From positions 166,532,001 to 166,596,000 of the forward strand of contig CM075977.1 in assembly GCA_038087875.1 (NCBI GenBank): 64,000 nt of DNA, read 5' to 3'. The notes beneath the pieces were generated by a model. It did not search any database, was not told where the DNA came from, and worked only from the letters and a program-made list of their open reading frames with translations. Below are positions 13,150-26,532 of this stretch, one piece after another. Numbering within the stretch: the stretch's first letter is position 1; each line of letters begins with the position of its first letter. A program made the translations under genes and the position numbers. Source of the DNA: Malacoraja senta (Eukaryota).

Positions 13150-13910
13150 TTGTGTTGAAGAAGGCTTTTGGCACACTGGCCTTCATCAGTCAGGGTATTG
13201 ATCATAGAGGATGGGACATTATGTTTAAATGGCACGTTGGCGCAGTGGTAGTGTTGCTGCCTTACAGCACTTGCAGTGCCGGAGATCTGGGTTCAATCCC
13301 GACTATGGGTACTATCTGTACGGAGTTTGTACGTTCTCCCCGTGACTGCATGGTTTTCTCTGAGATCTTCGGTTTCTCCCCACACTCCAAAGACGTACAG
13401 GTTTGTAGGTTAATTGGCTTGGTGTATGTGTAAATTGTCCCGAGTAGGGTCGTATTAATGTGTGGGGATCGCTGGACCTGGTGGGCCAAAGGGCCTGTTT
13501 CCGTGCTGTATCTCTAAACTAAAAACTAAACTAAACCAAACAAATAAATCGTACAAGACGTTGGCGCAGCTGCACTTGGAGTATTATGTTCAGTTTTGGT
13601 CACCCGGTTATTAGCAAAGATGCCATTAAGCTGGAAAGAGTGCAGAAAAGATTTATGATGGTATTGCCAGAATGTGAGAGAATTTGTTAGAGGGAGGTTT
13701 TGTGGGCTAGGGCTTTACTCATTGGAGCCTACAAGACTGAGGGGTGCTTAAAGAGATGTATAAAACCATGAGGGGAATGGATAGGGTGAATGCACACACG
13801 AGCCGTTTTCCTAGAGCTGGTAAATCAAAACCAAGAAGAGATAGGTTTAATGTGAGAGGAGAAACGTTTAATAGGAACCTGAGGGGCAACGTTATCACAC
13901 AGAGGGTGGT
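13150..13910 (+). mobile_element. CR1 3' fragment interrupted by a SINE
   Basis: KKAFGTLAFISQGI; YKTMRGMDRVN...FNRNLRGNVITQRVV. Confidence 0.85.
13230..13545 (+). mobile_element. tRNA-derived SINE (HE1-like) nested in CR1
   Basis: A-box TGGCGCAGTGG, B-box GGTTCAATCCC, (CTAAA)n tail; CR1 sequence resumes after it. Confidence 0.9.
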
Positions 13911-14964
13911 ACATGCAGAGTGGTCACCTATTTATGTTTGGTTTATCCAGTGTTGAGAAGACCATGTTCAGTCTTATTTATTGTGCTGGCTATCTATTAT
14001 AGATGATAGGAAAATGAGGTGATGGAGGATAGATCTACAGCAAATTTCAGAAATATGTAGAATTAGTATAAAGGTGATGAGAGCTTTAACAGCATCTGAG
14101 AATATTAGTAGCAATAGGATTGGAGGAGGTTATCTGCTGCCAGGGGAGCAAATGTTCCTCCATTTTCCCACTCGTTGTTCTATAAATCCATCCCCTCTCA
14201 GGGAAAAAAACAGCTCTATGCCTAGAAATGCATTAACCCAATTTCTGAAGAATTAGGACAACATTTTTCTGTGCAACCACTGCAATTCAGCACAATGGTT
14301 GTGACTTTAAATTGTGGTCCAAATTGAGCAGCACAGGAACTTTTTATCTGGGTATTGTTTCTGCCAAAGAGAAGCAGCAGAGCCCTGATGTTTACCGAGA
14401 GACGTTCATGCAGTTGCTGGCAAATATCTACACTGCAAGCATGTCAGGAGTCCAGGCCTTAAAGGGAATGCTCCATGATAGCTCATACAAGCACTGGGGA
14501 ATGTGCTGGCTGCCATAGATAAGTTAGTGGGTGAGGAGAGTGATTGAGGCTCCTAGTTTACTGATGGTGAGCTACAGATAGATCCTGGACAGTGTAACCA
14601 CGTATTGGCGCAATTCAAAACTAAACACTGGAATCAATCCGGGAACAGCAAGTTGGTTGATTCAGAGCTCAACCTAACTGTTGAATCAAGAGAACAATCT
14701 AGACTGTTTCTGGTTTCTTCTGCTTGACTTACAGAGTTATGGCAATATATACTGTATAAGGTTATGATCTTGGTATTCCTCAAACACAATGTTATCAGCA
14801 TATACACTGCCCATGTGCACAGTTTAGCATCCAGCAACTTCATCCTGTTTGTTAAGCAGTTGAGACAAGGTTGCGACAATACACTTTATTGCAAAACAAG
14901 AAAATCACATTGACCTAAATAACTTTCAGACATGGGCTAAAAAGTGGCAAGGAACATTCAAGGA

Positions 14965-15980
14965 CATGGGAGGCAAGTTACCTGAAATTGGAGAATTCAA
15001 TGTTCATGCTGTTGGGTTGTAGACTACTCTGGTGGACTAAAAGGTGCTATTTCTCTAGTTTGCATTTGGCTGCACACGTGCAGTGGAGGAGGTCAAGGAC
15101 AATGTGATATTCCTCTCCCCACGCCTTTCTGCTTTCAGCAGGGATCACTGTCACCAGGATTCCCTGGTCTGTTCATCCCTCCCACCTTGGCCTGCAACAG
15201 TAGAAGGTGTAACATCTGACCCTACACCTGCTCCCAGGCACGTAAGTAGCCCTTCCAGCTGTGACAGAGATTCAACTGCACCTTCTCCAACTGCATTTAC
15301 TGCATATGGTGCTCTTGATGTGGCCCATTGGTGAGACCAAATGCAGATGAGGTGACTGCTTTGCCAAGCACCTGTGCTTTATCTGCTGTGGCCATCTGGA
15401 TCTCCCGATTGCCAGCCACTGCCAATCACCTTACTTATCACCTCCCAGCCTCTGTAATTATCTCCACCCTTCCCTCCCCTGCCTCACTGTTAACTGCCAA
15501 TCAACCCCTCCTCATCTGTGTAGGAAGGAACTGCAGATGCTGGTTTAAACTGAAGATAGACACAAAAGGCTGGAGCAACTCAGTGGGACAGGCAGCATCT
15601 CTAGAGAGAAGGAATGGGTGACATTTTGGGTCGAGACCCTTCTTCAGACTAGTCAGGGGAAAGGGGAACGTGAGATATAAACAGATATGTAGAGAGATAT
15701 AGAGAGTAATGGAGAGAGCTATAGACCTCTTGTCTCATTTCCCTTTCCCCTGAATAGTTTGAAGAAGGGTCTCAACCCGAAACGTCACCCATTCCTCCTC
15801 ATCTGTATCTACCTTGCACTATCCACCCCCTTCATACTGGCAACTTCCCCTCTAATTCAGTCCAGATGAAAAATCTTGACTCAACTTTTCTGTTCATTTC
15901 CCTCCACAGATGCTGCCTGATCTCCTCCAGCTGTTTTTTTTGCTCCATAATCCAACATATGCAATCCCTTGTGCCTCCAG
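14965..15980. mobile_element. Old Penelope-like element with inverted 5' segment
   Basis: 14965-15100 matches the GIY-YIG C-terminus on minus (gaattcaatgttcatg); 15105-15420 matches the 41560-41910 region on plus (LSAFSRDH, IGETK-like); decayed terminal repeat at 15860-15980. Confidence 0.7.
15520..15793. mobile_element. Inverted pair of hammerhead-bearing Penelope repeats, 13-bp TSD
   Basis: Minus copy with CTGAAGA at 15647-15641; plus copy TTGAAGA...CCCGAAACGTC at 15759-15786; TSD cctcctcatctgt at 15507-15519 and 15794-15806. Confidence 0.85.
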
Positions 15981-16629
15981 AACATTCCAGAAACTTGATT
16001 GATAAAGGGGTTGGGACCTTCTCTAATTCATATCGTACATCTGTCATCATGACCCCAGACCCGTTCCAAATGCAACCACCGTACACAACACACCACCCAT
16101 CTGCATCCTGAGGACTTCTCTCAACTTCTCTCAGATGTTCACAGATGATGCCTCTATTTGTGGAGTCAGCATCTGCTCACATCTCTCTGTTCCCTCGTAA
16201 TGGCAATTTGCTTCTGGGTTGCTGTTAGCAGAACTCTCATGAAGCAATCTGGAGATTCAGCAACTGCCTGTGCCTCTGCTGAAACATAAACCATCTGCTG
16301 TATTTTACATAAATAATGGTACAAAGGAGTGTGTCAGAATTGCTCTCCTAGCTCTATATTCTTACCCTGTATTTCCCGTTATCTCTTTATACTGGTGACT
16401 TTGCCTCTACTCTTCTGGTCTGGTAGAAGAGTCTTGACTCAAAAGGTCGACTGCCCATTTCCATGCCCAGATGCTGCCTGACCTGCTGTTCTGCCAGCAG
16501 CTTTCTGTTTTGTTGCTTCTTGAATGTTTTATTGGCCAATGGGGAATGTGATAATGGATGACAATATGTTTCCTCCTCCCATTTGATCTCAGGCTATACG
16601 TCTCTACCACTCATTAGTTCAATTAGCAA

Positions 16630-16825
16630 GCCGACGCAGCACCAGAGACCTGGGTTCAATCCTGACTACTGGTGCTGCCTGTACAGAGTTTGTACATTCT
16701 CCCCGTGACCTGCATGGGTTTTCTCTGGGAGCTCTGGTTTCCTCCCACACTCCAAAGACGTACAGAGATGTAGGCTAATTGGCTTGGTATAAATTGTCCC
16801 TACTGTGTAGGATAATGTGCGGGGA
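16630..16825 (+). mobile_element. Truncated tRNA-derived SINE
   Basis: B-box GGTTCAATCC and the same core as 12285 and 13230. Confidence 0.85.
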
Positions 16826-18894
16826 TGAATGTGAATGAAACTTTGTCTACACTCAGCTATTCCCGACCATGGCACTGAGCAGTGAAAAACTATTCCTTCC
16901 GGGGCAGGTTCATCACAAATATCCCAGTGAATGTTAGGTAACTTTCAGTGGTCTGGCTGTAGCAACTGTGGGCAAGAGGCCTGTCAAATCTAGTTGGAAG
17001 GTAAGGGGAAGGCATTAGCATGTTTATTATTAATGAATTTAAATATGACAAGTATATCTGGATATCATTACATTTAATATTTATTTTTGATTGGACAATG
17101 TCTTGGCAGTAATCCACTTCAATTAATTTCGAATAGCAATGCAAGATGAGAATTTCCATCAATAGGCATTCTTCTGACACTGAAAGTGTACGTGTGCAAC
17201 AGAATCAGCTATGCCTGGTTGAATTTCCAGAATGGTTTGATGGAACTCAGAAGAAGTTCCAATTGCATGACACACTGGAAAATAACAACTTTGATTTGGA
17301 TGGTGCTAAAATAAACAGTGCTATGTAAGTCCATTTCTAGGTATTAAAGTTTCAAGCTTTATTATTGAAGAGTGGCAATTCTAATTATCCCAATTTGATG
17401 AAATTTAAGATTTTTAGTATACTTACTTATGCCTTAATGACAATGATGCATTGATAGTTATAGAAATGACAGCAAATCACAATCAGAATTAACTTAATAA
17501 CATGTGGAAAGTAATTTTGTTTTCTCAATTGACTTTACCCCATTTTGATCCCAGATAATTGGAATGAAATTTTCACTCAGGGGACTTTGGCCTTGAGGCA
17601 TGGTGACTGAATGAACTCAGACAGAGAAGGGCACTAGGAATTAACAGACAAACCAAAAAGGACCCAGGAATCTCGATGTAACATGGCTCAATCATGCGCT
17701 AATTTTACCAAGCTTCACCGGACCTTTTGTAAACGAAACCTTGCCAATTCTGCTAATCTGATGATATGCAATCAGAGCCTTTCCATCATCATTAGGGTCT
17801 CATTTAAATGATCTGAGTTTCTCCTGACCTCTTGCTTTACTTGGCTTTGAACTTGGTGGAGCTACCAAACTGGATACACACCACATGAGTCATACAAACA
17901 CCATGAAAACTTACTTCACAATTGTATGGAAAAATGATCAAAATGTCACAGTAAAAATAACAAATCTTTAAGCATTCTGGGATTGTTGTTCAATTGGCTT
18001 CATGTAATGAACAGAAGCTGCTCGCTGTGTTATTTATACTAGTATCGTGGCCTTTAACTGAACTTAAGTCTTAAAATCCTTGCTATGCTTCCATGCAGCA
18101 CAATGAATTTACAAACAGAGCTTAAAGGCCTCTCTGCGAATTTTCAGTGGCTGATGTTTACCAGTTAGATTCACCGTTGTGACTGGGTTGCAATTTTTAT
18201 TTTGCAGACCTGCATAAGATCATTTTAACTGACAAGTAGAATGATGTAATCTCACACACAAATGAGAAGCAGGTTCAGATATTTGAATGTAGTTGATGAA
18301 ACTAAGATATGATCTTTGCAAGGCAATGTAGGATTGAGTTTTGAGCTGGTTTGATGTAAAGGGATGAGAAATTTGCTTGTGAATGATCATTTACAAATAG
18401 TGAAGAACAAAATACCGTGGACAAAAATGTGCACTTGAAAATTGTATTATTGTCTTATTGATGCACCATTTTTAGTTGGTGTAAATCATAATATTCAGTT
18501 GGGACATGGATGTAATTGATGTAATTGGATGAAATGTTAAATTGATATCTTACTGCCTTCTGAGCTATACATTAAAGATTCACATCATAATTCAATAAAG
18601 TTCTGCCCCATATATTTCATATTGGTCTGTGTGTGCTTTTATTGTGTTAATGATGAAAGCAATTAACAATGAACTACAAACAAAACGGCCTTTATCAAAA
18701 TACTATCAATACTATCAAAGAGTATCAATAAGTAGCAACAAGTAGTACAACAATGGTGCATATCTCTGAAAATATACACTCATATTCATACTGCAGTGCA
18801 TTGCCTTAAAAATTAACAAATGAGCTAACCACTGACTATGTGAGTATCTTAAATTATTCTAACAAATTAACTATTTACACGTAAATTTATACGC

Positions 18895-19238
18895 ATTAGC
18901 GACGCAGTGGTGTTGGTTTCCAACGGGAATGGTGACGGACGCACCACACATCTCTGTCCTCCGGTTCCTGCGGACTTCCGCCTCTGGAAGTATAGGATTT
19001 GGTGTGTGTGCTTCATCATCATTCCTTACAATGCTATGTACGACAGTGATCGCAACTTATACTGAGGTGTGGATGGCCGTTGGCTCGCTAGAAGCTCATC
19101 CGCCCTGCTGGGGGTCCACAGCCCCCTCCTCACCTGCCAAACCAGGTGGGGGAGACGGTTTAGTCGCCGACTATCCGACCATGGAGCAGGTAGCACGGGA
19201 TTACATGATACCCGTGGTGGGAGATCTCCCCCCAACCT
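18895..19238 (-). repeat. CpG-rich structured insert, possibly an RTE-type 5' UTR
   Basis: Abrupt GC/CpG-rich block in AT-rich flanks with several hairpins; CAGGTGAGGAGGGGGC recalls RTE 5' UTRs (from memory, unverified). Confidence 0.4.
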
Positions 19239-20699
19239 GACAGATTTATAGTTATCTATTTATTTGCAGAAACATGTACACTGTTATACTGTATAAACAT
19301 ACTGTATATACTGTTCTTCGATTTGACTAAATATTACTTTGGTCAATTCTTTATTGCCTTCGAGTATAATCTCTCCCCACAATACTGAATTTACCACCTT
19401 GACAGCTTCCTTCCAAATAAGTTTAACAAATAAATCCACTTGCATACTGCATTGTTACCAAGACTATACCAATTAAGGAAATTAACTAGTAGAATTGAAA
19501 AACTATTACTTACCTTAGCCATTCTCCTTCAGAGATATTAAAGAGCACCTTGCACTAGGTCTAACTTTGCACAAGTTTGTTTGAGTGACTTCCCCTAGAA
19601 GTGGTGGAAAATCTCTGCTACTTCACATTTCCTCAAAATGTACCCAGAAAACTCCCCACAATTGGCGATGACTTTGGGACTTTCTGTCCAAGAAATTCCA
19701 AAGTTATTACCTGTTACATATAGATACTGCTGATGTTTCCCATCAATGTCAGGGGCTAACTTGAGTAATAGAGTTGTTATAGAGAATATCCAAGACCTAA
19801 TTAAACAGTTGCCTCTTTTTTAAAACCCTATGCTCACTTCCAGATTTACAAGGTGCTCACATACTGGTACAATGTATCAGCAAACATTTCCAAACTTGAA
19901 TGCTTAAGTACCAAATATTATTTATATTGTATTTAGTATTGTTAAGCACGTTTAAAAGTCCCCATCTATTCAAATGCTTTGACAGCAACAATTTTCAAAC
20001 AAATGTGATTGATTTATTTGTGGAGGTCGCTTGCTTTTTTTTCATAAGATGAGGAATGTCCTTCAGGAAATAGAAGTCACCCTCAAGTTCCAACAATATA
20101 TTTTCCACCAGACATAGTTGGCAGAAAATTGGATCGGTAATTTTGATGACTCTGAAACTCTGTGGAAACGCAGAATTTTGGGAATGCAAATGCCATGACC
20201 TCCAGGAAAAGCCTGAATCTCGCCAATGACATCTGCTCTCACTTGCACTGACTGATCCCACCCGTTGTGGAAGATCATCAAGCATCTTAAGAGATTCTGC
20301 ATATTGGTGCTCACGAAAAGAGCAGTGCTTTCATTAAAGAAATGTAAAATTGAACAAACCACAGCAATGGCTCTCATTAAACGAAAGACAAAGAGAAGAT
20401 GACAGATGGCAGTTGTCATTCCATAAAGAATGAAAGTGATAATCTATTTTGTGCAAAATGAGGAACTCTGAGACACCAGTATTGTGTCTATCTCCCAGAA
20501 ACTGCAGGGGAATCTTCCTGCTGTCTGGCACAGGAAAATACATTGAGAGGATCTTCTCAGTCTTGTTCCAGTGACCAAAACGTTGCTCTCTGAATTATAG
20601 TTTGGATTCCATCAATCTAAAGATGCAATGAATGCAATGTTCACCACACATCTACTCCAAGCAATGCAGGGAATATTATCAAGAATGGCCTGTTCTGAC

Positions 20700-21420
20700 C
20701 TGAGTGAACGTGAAGAGGATGTTTCCGCTAGTAGGAGAGTCTAGGACCAGAGGCCATAGCCTCAGAATAAAAGAATGTACAGTACCTTTTGAAATGAAAT
20801 GAGGAGGAAATTATTTAGTTTCTTTAGATTGTTGGCATCCTGGCTGAGATTTTTCTATCTGAGGTACCAAATGACTGGAGGGCAGCAATCGTGGGTGACT
20901 AGTTCAAAAGGTTAGGGCCCATGGGATCCAAGGCAAGTTGGCAAAGAGAATCCAGAATTGGCTTGGCAATAGGGTAAGATGGAGTTAGAGGATCGTTTTT
21001 GCAATTGGATGCCTACGACTAGTGGTGTGCCACAAGAATCAGTGCTGGGATCCTAGCTGTTTGTATACATGCCAATGACCTGGATGCAAATGGCGAGGCA
21101 TGTCTTTGGGAGGCATGTTCACGAAATGCACAAAGATTAACAGAGTGGTTGCTACTGTGGAAGTCCTAAGCTGCACAGAGATATCTATGTTTTGGTAAAA
21201 TGGACGGTAAAATTGCAAGGTGATACCATCTTTGGAAAACTAATAAGGCTAGGACATACACCATGAATCTTAGAGAGTATTCAGGAACAGATGGACCTTG
21301 GAGTACAAATCATGGGTCCTTGGAAGTGGCATAACATGTAGACAAGGTAGTTAGAACATTGTTTGGGATACTGGGGTTCTCTAGTCAGGGCATTGAAGGT
21401 AGAAGTAGGGAGGTTATGTT
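20700..21420 (+). mobile_element. Degenerate CR1 fragments
   Basis: GESRTRGHSLRIK, and TSGVPQESVLG-like sequence actagtggtgtgccacaagaatcagtgctggga. Confidence 0.75.
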
Positions 21421-21499
21421 CTAACTTCATCAGAGCTGAGTAAAAGCATCTTCATAAGAGCATCCTTCCACATTCCAGTCATATATGGTGATGGGTAAT

Positions 21500-23135
21500 A
21501 ACACAATTCACTGGAGGAGGAAGCTCTACAAATATCCCCCTTGTTACTAATGGGGGAGCCCGGCAGATTAGTGCAAAAGAGAAAGCTCAAGCATTGGCAA
21601 ATATCTTAAGCCAGATGTGTAGTGTGAATGAATGGATGATCCATCTTGGTCTCATCCAATGGTCCCTGGCATGATAGATGCCAGTCTTCTGCCAATTTGA
21701 TTAATTCCATATGATATCAAGGAATGCGTAAAGGCATTGGATACAGCAAAGGCTAGAGGACCTGACAACATCCCGGCAATAGTATTGAAGACGTGGTCCA
21801 GAACTCGCCATGCCCATGGCCAATCTGTCACTGTACATTGATAACACTGACATCCACTTGACAATGTGGAAAATTGCCCATATATATCCTTCTATAGAAG
21901 CAGGACAAGTCCAACCCAACCTCTTACCACCCTATTAATCTATTTTTGATCATCAGCAAAGTGCTGGAAGGGATAATTAATGGTTCTATCATTCAACACT
22001 TGCTTAGGAACAACCTGCTCACAGAAGCTCCACCAAAGTTACTCAGCTTCTGACCTCATTGCAGTCTTGGTCCGAACATGGACAAAAGAGATGAACTCCA
22101 GAGGTCAGAGACATTAATTATACTCAACATCAAGGCAGCATTTGATTTAGTATGTCAATAAGGAGCCCTGAAATGGAGTCAGTTGGAATCAGGGGGAAAC
22201 CCCTCCCCAGGTTGGAACCACACTTTATACAAAGGAGAATAATTGTGGAGATTGGATGTTAAACATCCAGCCACACAACGCTGCAAGAGTTCCCCACAGT
22301 AGTGTCCTAGGCCCAACCATCTTTATCTGCTTCATCAATGACCTTCCTTCAATTGTAAGGTCAGAAGTAGGATGTTCATTGACAATTGCACAATATTCAG
22401 CATAATTTGCAACTCTGCAGATAATGAAGCAATCCATATCCCAATGCTAAACGTCCTGGACAATATCCAGGCCTGGGCTGACAATGGGAAGTAACATTTG
22501 TGCCACACAAGTACCAGAAAATGACCATCCAACAAAGTAAAATCCAGCCATCACCCCCAGGCATTCCATGGCATTCCCATCACGGAATCTCCTTTTGTCA
22601 ATACCCTGGAGGTTACCATTGCCCAGAAACTGAACCCGAGTAGCTGCAATGTGGCTACAAAAGCAGGTCAGAGGCCCAGAAGCCTGCGGCAAGTAACTCA
22701 CCTCTCCCCAAAGCCTGACCACCATCTACAAGGATCAAGAGTGTGATAGAATGTTCTCCACTTGTCTGGATGAGTGCAGTTTCAACAACACTCAAGAAGG
22801 CTCATGACCATACAGGACACAGCAGCCTGCTTGATAGGCACCCCTTCCACAACCAATCTCTCTATCTACCACCGATGCACAGAAGCAGCAGTTTGTATCA
22901 TTTACAGAATGCACTTGTGAAGCTCGCCAAGATGCCTTAGTCACCATCTTCCACACCAAACAATCTTTACAACTAGAATGACAAAGGCAGCAAAACATGA
23001 AAACACCGCCACTAGGAAGTTGCTTTCCATGCCACACATCATCTTGACTTGGAAATATATCGTCATTCCTTAACCATCGCTTGGTCACGATCCTGGAACT
23101 CTCTCCTATATAACATTGTGGGTATATCCAGCAGC
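21500..23135 (+). mobile_element. Old CR1-clade LINE (divergent family), RT and 3' end
   Basis: KALDTAKARGPDNIPAIVLK; VPHSSVLGPTIFICFINDL; many frameshifts. Confidence 0.8.
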
Positions 23136-23139
23136 TCAA

Positions 23140-24808
23140 GTAGGGAGTTAAACACCTGACCGCGGTCTACATCCCACCCCAGGCAGACGTCCGCCTGGCA
23201 CTGGAGGAGCTGCACGCCGTGGTCAACAAACACCAGACGTCTTACCCCGAGGCGTTTACCACCATAGCTGGGGACTTCAATAAAGCAAATCTTACGAAAT
23301 CGCTCCCTAACTTCCACCAACATGTTTCCTGCTGCACCAGAGGACCGAACACCCTTGACCACTGCTACACCACCATCAAGAATGCCTATCGCTCTATCCC
23401 TCGCCCTCACTTCGGTAAATCCGACCATACTTCTTCCTGCCTACAGGCAGCTTCTTCCTGCCTGCCTACAGGCAGCAATTGAAGAGCGCACCCCAGAGGT
23501 GAGGACAGTGCAGAGCTGGTCGGGGGGGGGGGGGGGGGGGGGCAGAGGAACAGCTTCAGGACTGTTTGGAGTCTGTAGACTGGGCAATGTTCAGGGACTC
23601 GGCAACGGACCTGAACAAATACGCCACAGTCGTTACAGACTTCATAAAGAAATGTGTGGAGGACTGCATCCCTACAAAAACCTTCCGAGTATTTCCCAAT
23701 CAGAAGCCTTGGATGAATTTTGAGATCCGCACTCTTCTGAAGACCAGACACCGGGCATTCATGTATGATGATACAGTAGTCTACAAGAAGTCCAGATATG
23801 ACCTTGGTAAGGCCATCAAAAAGGCCAAAAGGGACCTGCTCCAAGCTGGAGAATGAGATGGATGTTCGGCAGCTGTGGCGGGGCCTGAATGCAATCACCT
23901 CCTACAAGGCAAAATCAGGAGGTAGCTCGAATGTCGGCGAAACATCACTCCCTGACGAGCTCAATGCGTTTTACGCATGCTTTGATAGGGAGAACGCTGA
24001 TGTGCCTTCTCGAGCCCCCATTCGCTGTGATGGTATTTCAGTCACAGTCACAGAGGCCGACGTCAGAAAATCCTTCAGAGGGGTGAACCCTCGAAAAGCG
24101 CCTGGACCTGATGGTACACCCGGTCGTGTTCTAAAAACTTGTGTGGACCAACTGGCTGGGGTTTTTACGGACATTTTCAACCACTCACTTCTGAGGTCTG
24201 AGCTTCCCACCTGCTTTAAAAGGGCATCAATTATACCAGTGCCCAAGAAGAGCAAGGTGACGTGCCTCAATGACTATCGACCAGTGGCACTAACGTCGGT
24301 GGTGATGAAGTGCTTTGAGAGGTTGATCATAGCGCAAATCAACTCCTACCTCGACAAAAACCTGGACCCACTGCAGTTTGCCTACCACCACAACAGATCA
24401 ACGGTGGATGCGATCTCGCTGGCTCTCCACTCCGCTTGGACAACAAAAACTCATATGTCAGGCTGTTATTCATTGATTACAGCTCGGCATTTAATACAAT
24501 AATACCCTCCAAGCTGGTTACCAAACTCGCAGAACTGGGTCTCTGCGCATCCCTCTGCAATTGGATCCTCGACTTCCTCATTCACAGACCACAGACTGTT
24601 CGAATTGGTGGAAATGTGTCAGCCTCAATAACAATCAGCACGGGAGCACCTCAAGGCTGCGTGCTCAGCCCCCAGCTGTACTCACTCTATACTCATGACT
24701 GCGTAGCCGGTCATAGTGCGAACACCATCATCAAGTTCGCTGACGACACCACTGTTGTGGGACGTATCACTGATGGGGATGAGTCAGAGTATGGAAGAGA
24801 GATCGACC
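23140..24808 (+). mobile_element. Rex1/Babar LINE (APE endonuclease + RT), young, truncated at both ends
   Basis: [63 protein letters not shown]. Confidence 0.92.
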
Positions 24809-25110
24809 GACAAGGTCCCACATAAGAGATTAATATACAAGCTTAAAGCACACGGTATTGGGGGTTCAGTATTGATGTGGATAGAGAACTGGCTGGCAGA
24901 CAGGAGACAAAGAGTAGGAGTAAACGGGTCCTTTTCAGAATGGCAGGCAGTGACTGGTGGGGTACCGCAAGGCTCAGTGCTGGGACCCCAGCTATTTACA
25001 ATATATATTAATGATTTGGATGAGGGAATTGAATGCAACATCTCCAAGTTTGCGGATGACACGAAGCTGGAGGGGGGGGGGGGGGCAGGGTTAACTGTGA
25101 GGAGGATGCT
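24808..25110 (+). mobile_element. CR1 RT fragment fused to Rex1
   Basis: [29 protein letters not shown]...[10 protein letters not shown]...KFADDTKL. Confidence 0.9.
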
Positions 25111-25841
25111 GAGAGGGAACATGATTAAGATATGATAAATAATGAGGATGGAGTTAGAATAGACTGGGCACCATCCTTGAACATTGCCACTATTCCATGG
25201 CTTTACACTAAAACAAAAAATAAATCCATCAATACACAATTTTCCCACAACTGTCTTTAAATCCCCATGTGATGATGCCATTAATGTTACATTGTTGTAC
25301 ATTTGAGGACTATATTGTTCTGCATATTCCTTTGTTCTTGTTGTACCACACCACCCACTGACGCACTTTACTTTATGAAATTATACACATTACATTGTAT
25401 GGGCATGAAGAGCGAAGAGTGATTATGTTACTCAGTTGCAAATTTCAGACTTGAAGTCTCGTTTAAAAACAGTGCTCTGGAAAACAACCAGATGTAATGT
25501 GTATGTACCGAAGATGATAAACTTTGGCATCTTTGGTATGTACCACAGTTTGGGAACGCTCTACAAACTGACTGGAGAATGAAATGTTTCAGTTTACTGA
25601 TGCATCAAACCACCAGTAGTTACTTCAACATTCTCACCACTTTTGTGTATAGAAATTATTTTTCATAATTTTATCTAATCCAAGGTATTCTTTATTCTGA
25701 AATGTTTTGACAGTGAAAAAAATAAATTGCTGTTTTTCTAAATACTTCATCCGAGTTTGGAAAGATTTACAAAATCAGACTCCAGCAGAGACCCTGATCT
25801 TCAATCCCCATGCAGTCACACTGAGGAGATGTTTGCTATCC

Positions 25842-26532
25842 CATAGAAACATAGAAACATAGAAAATAGGTGCAGGAGGAGGCTATTCGGCCCTTCGAGC
25901 CCACCGCCATTCATTGTGATCATGGCTCATCATCCACAATCAGTAACCCGTGCCTGCCTTCTCCCCATACCCCTGGATTCCGCTATCTAACTCTCTTTTA
26001 AATTTATCCAGTGAATTGGCCTCCACTGCCTTCCGTGGCAGAGAATTCCACAAATTCACAACTGTCTGGGTGAAAAAGTTTTTTCTCATTTCAGTTTTAA
26101 ATGGCCTCCCCTTTATTCTTAGACTGTGGCCCTTGGTTCTGGACTCCCCCAACATTGGGAACATTTTTCCTACATCTAGCTTGTCCAGTCTTTTTATAAT
26201 TTTATATGTTTCTATAAGATCCCCCCTCATCCTAAATTCCAGTGAATACGAGCCCAGTCTTTCCAATCTTTCCTCATATGACAGTGCCTTTCCTCATATG
26301 ACAGTTTCCTTCACTGCCTGCTGTACCTGCATCTTTACTTTCCGTGACTGGTGTACAAGGACTTCCCTTTTTCCTAAACTGACACCATTGAGATAATAAT
26401 CTGCCTCTTTGCTCTTAACGCCAAAGTGGATAACCTCACATTTATCTACATTACACTGCATCTGCCATGCATCTGCCCACTCACTCAACCTGTCCAAGTC
26501 ACCCTGCAACCTCCTAGCATCCTCTTCGCAGT
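25842..26532 (-). mobile_element. CR1 3' fragment with (TTTCTATG)n tail
   Basis: LQGDLDRLSEWA; RGDLIETYKI; catagaaa repeats at ~25842-25866. Confidence 0.92.

Noticed and set aside
13230-13305. tRNA gene
   Set aside because: A and B boxes belong to a SINE head that continues into core and tail; the same holds for the other copies
17137-17324. Plus-strand open frame ending at a GTAAGT donor
   Set aside because: Weak acceptor, unrecognised peptide, no consistent partner exons
19100-19238. Canonical twister, HDV-like or hammerhead ribozyme
   Set aside because: Lacks the UCCCAAGC loop, the HDV L3/P1.1 arrangement and a CUGANGA...GAAA core; kept only as an unclassified structure
19995-20543. 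Cluster of 69-118 aa ORFs
   Set aside because: No recognisable domain or consistent splice signals
23522-23542. Poly-G runs (also ~25072-25085 and ~51763-51778)
   Set aside because: Homopolymer expansions or sequencing slippage, with no evidence of function
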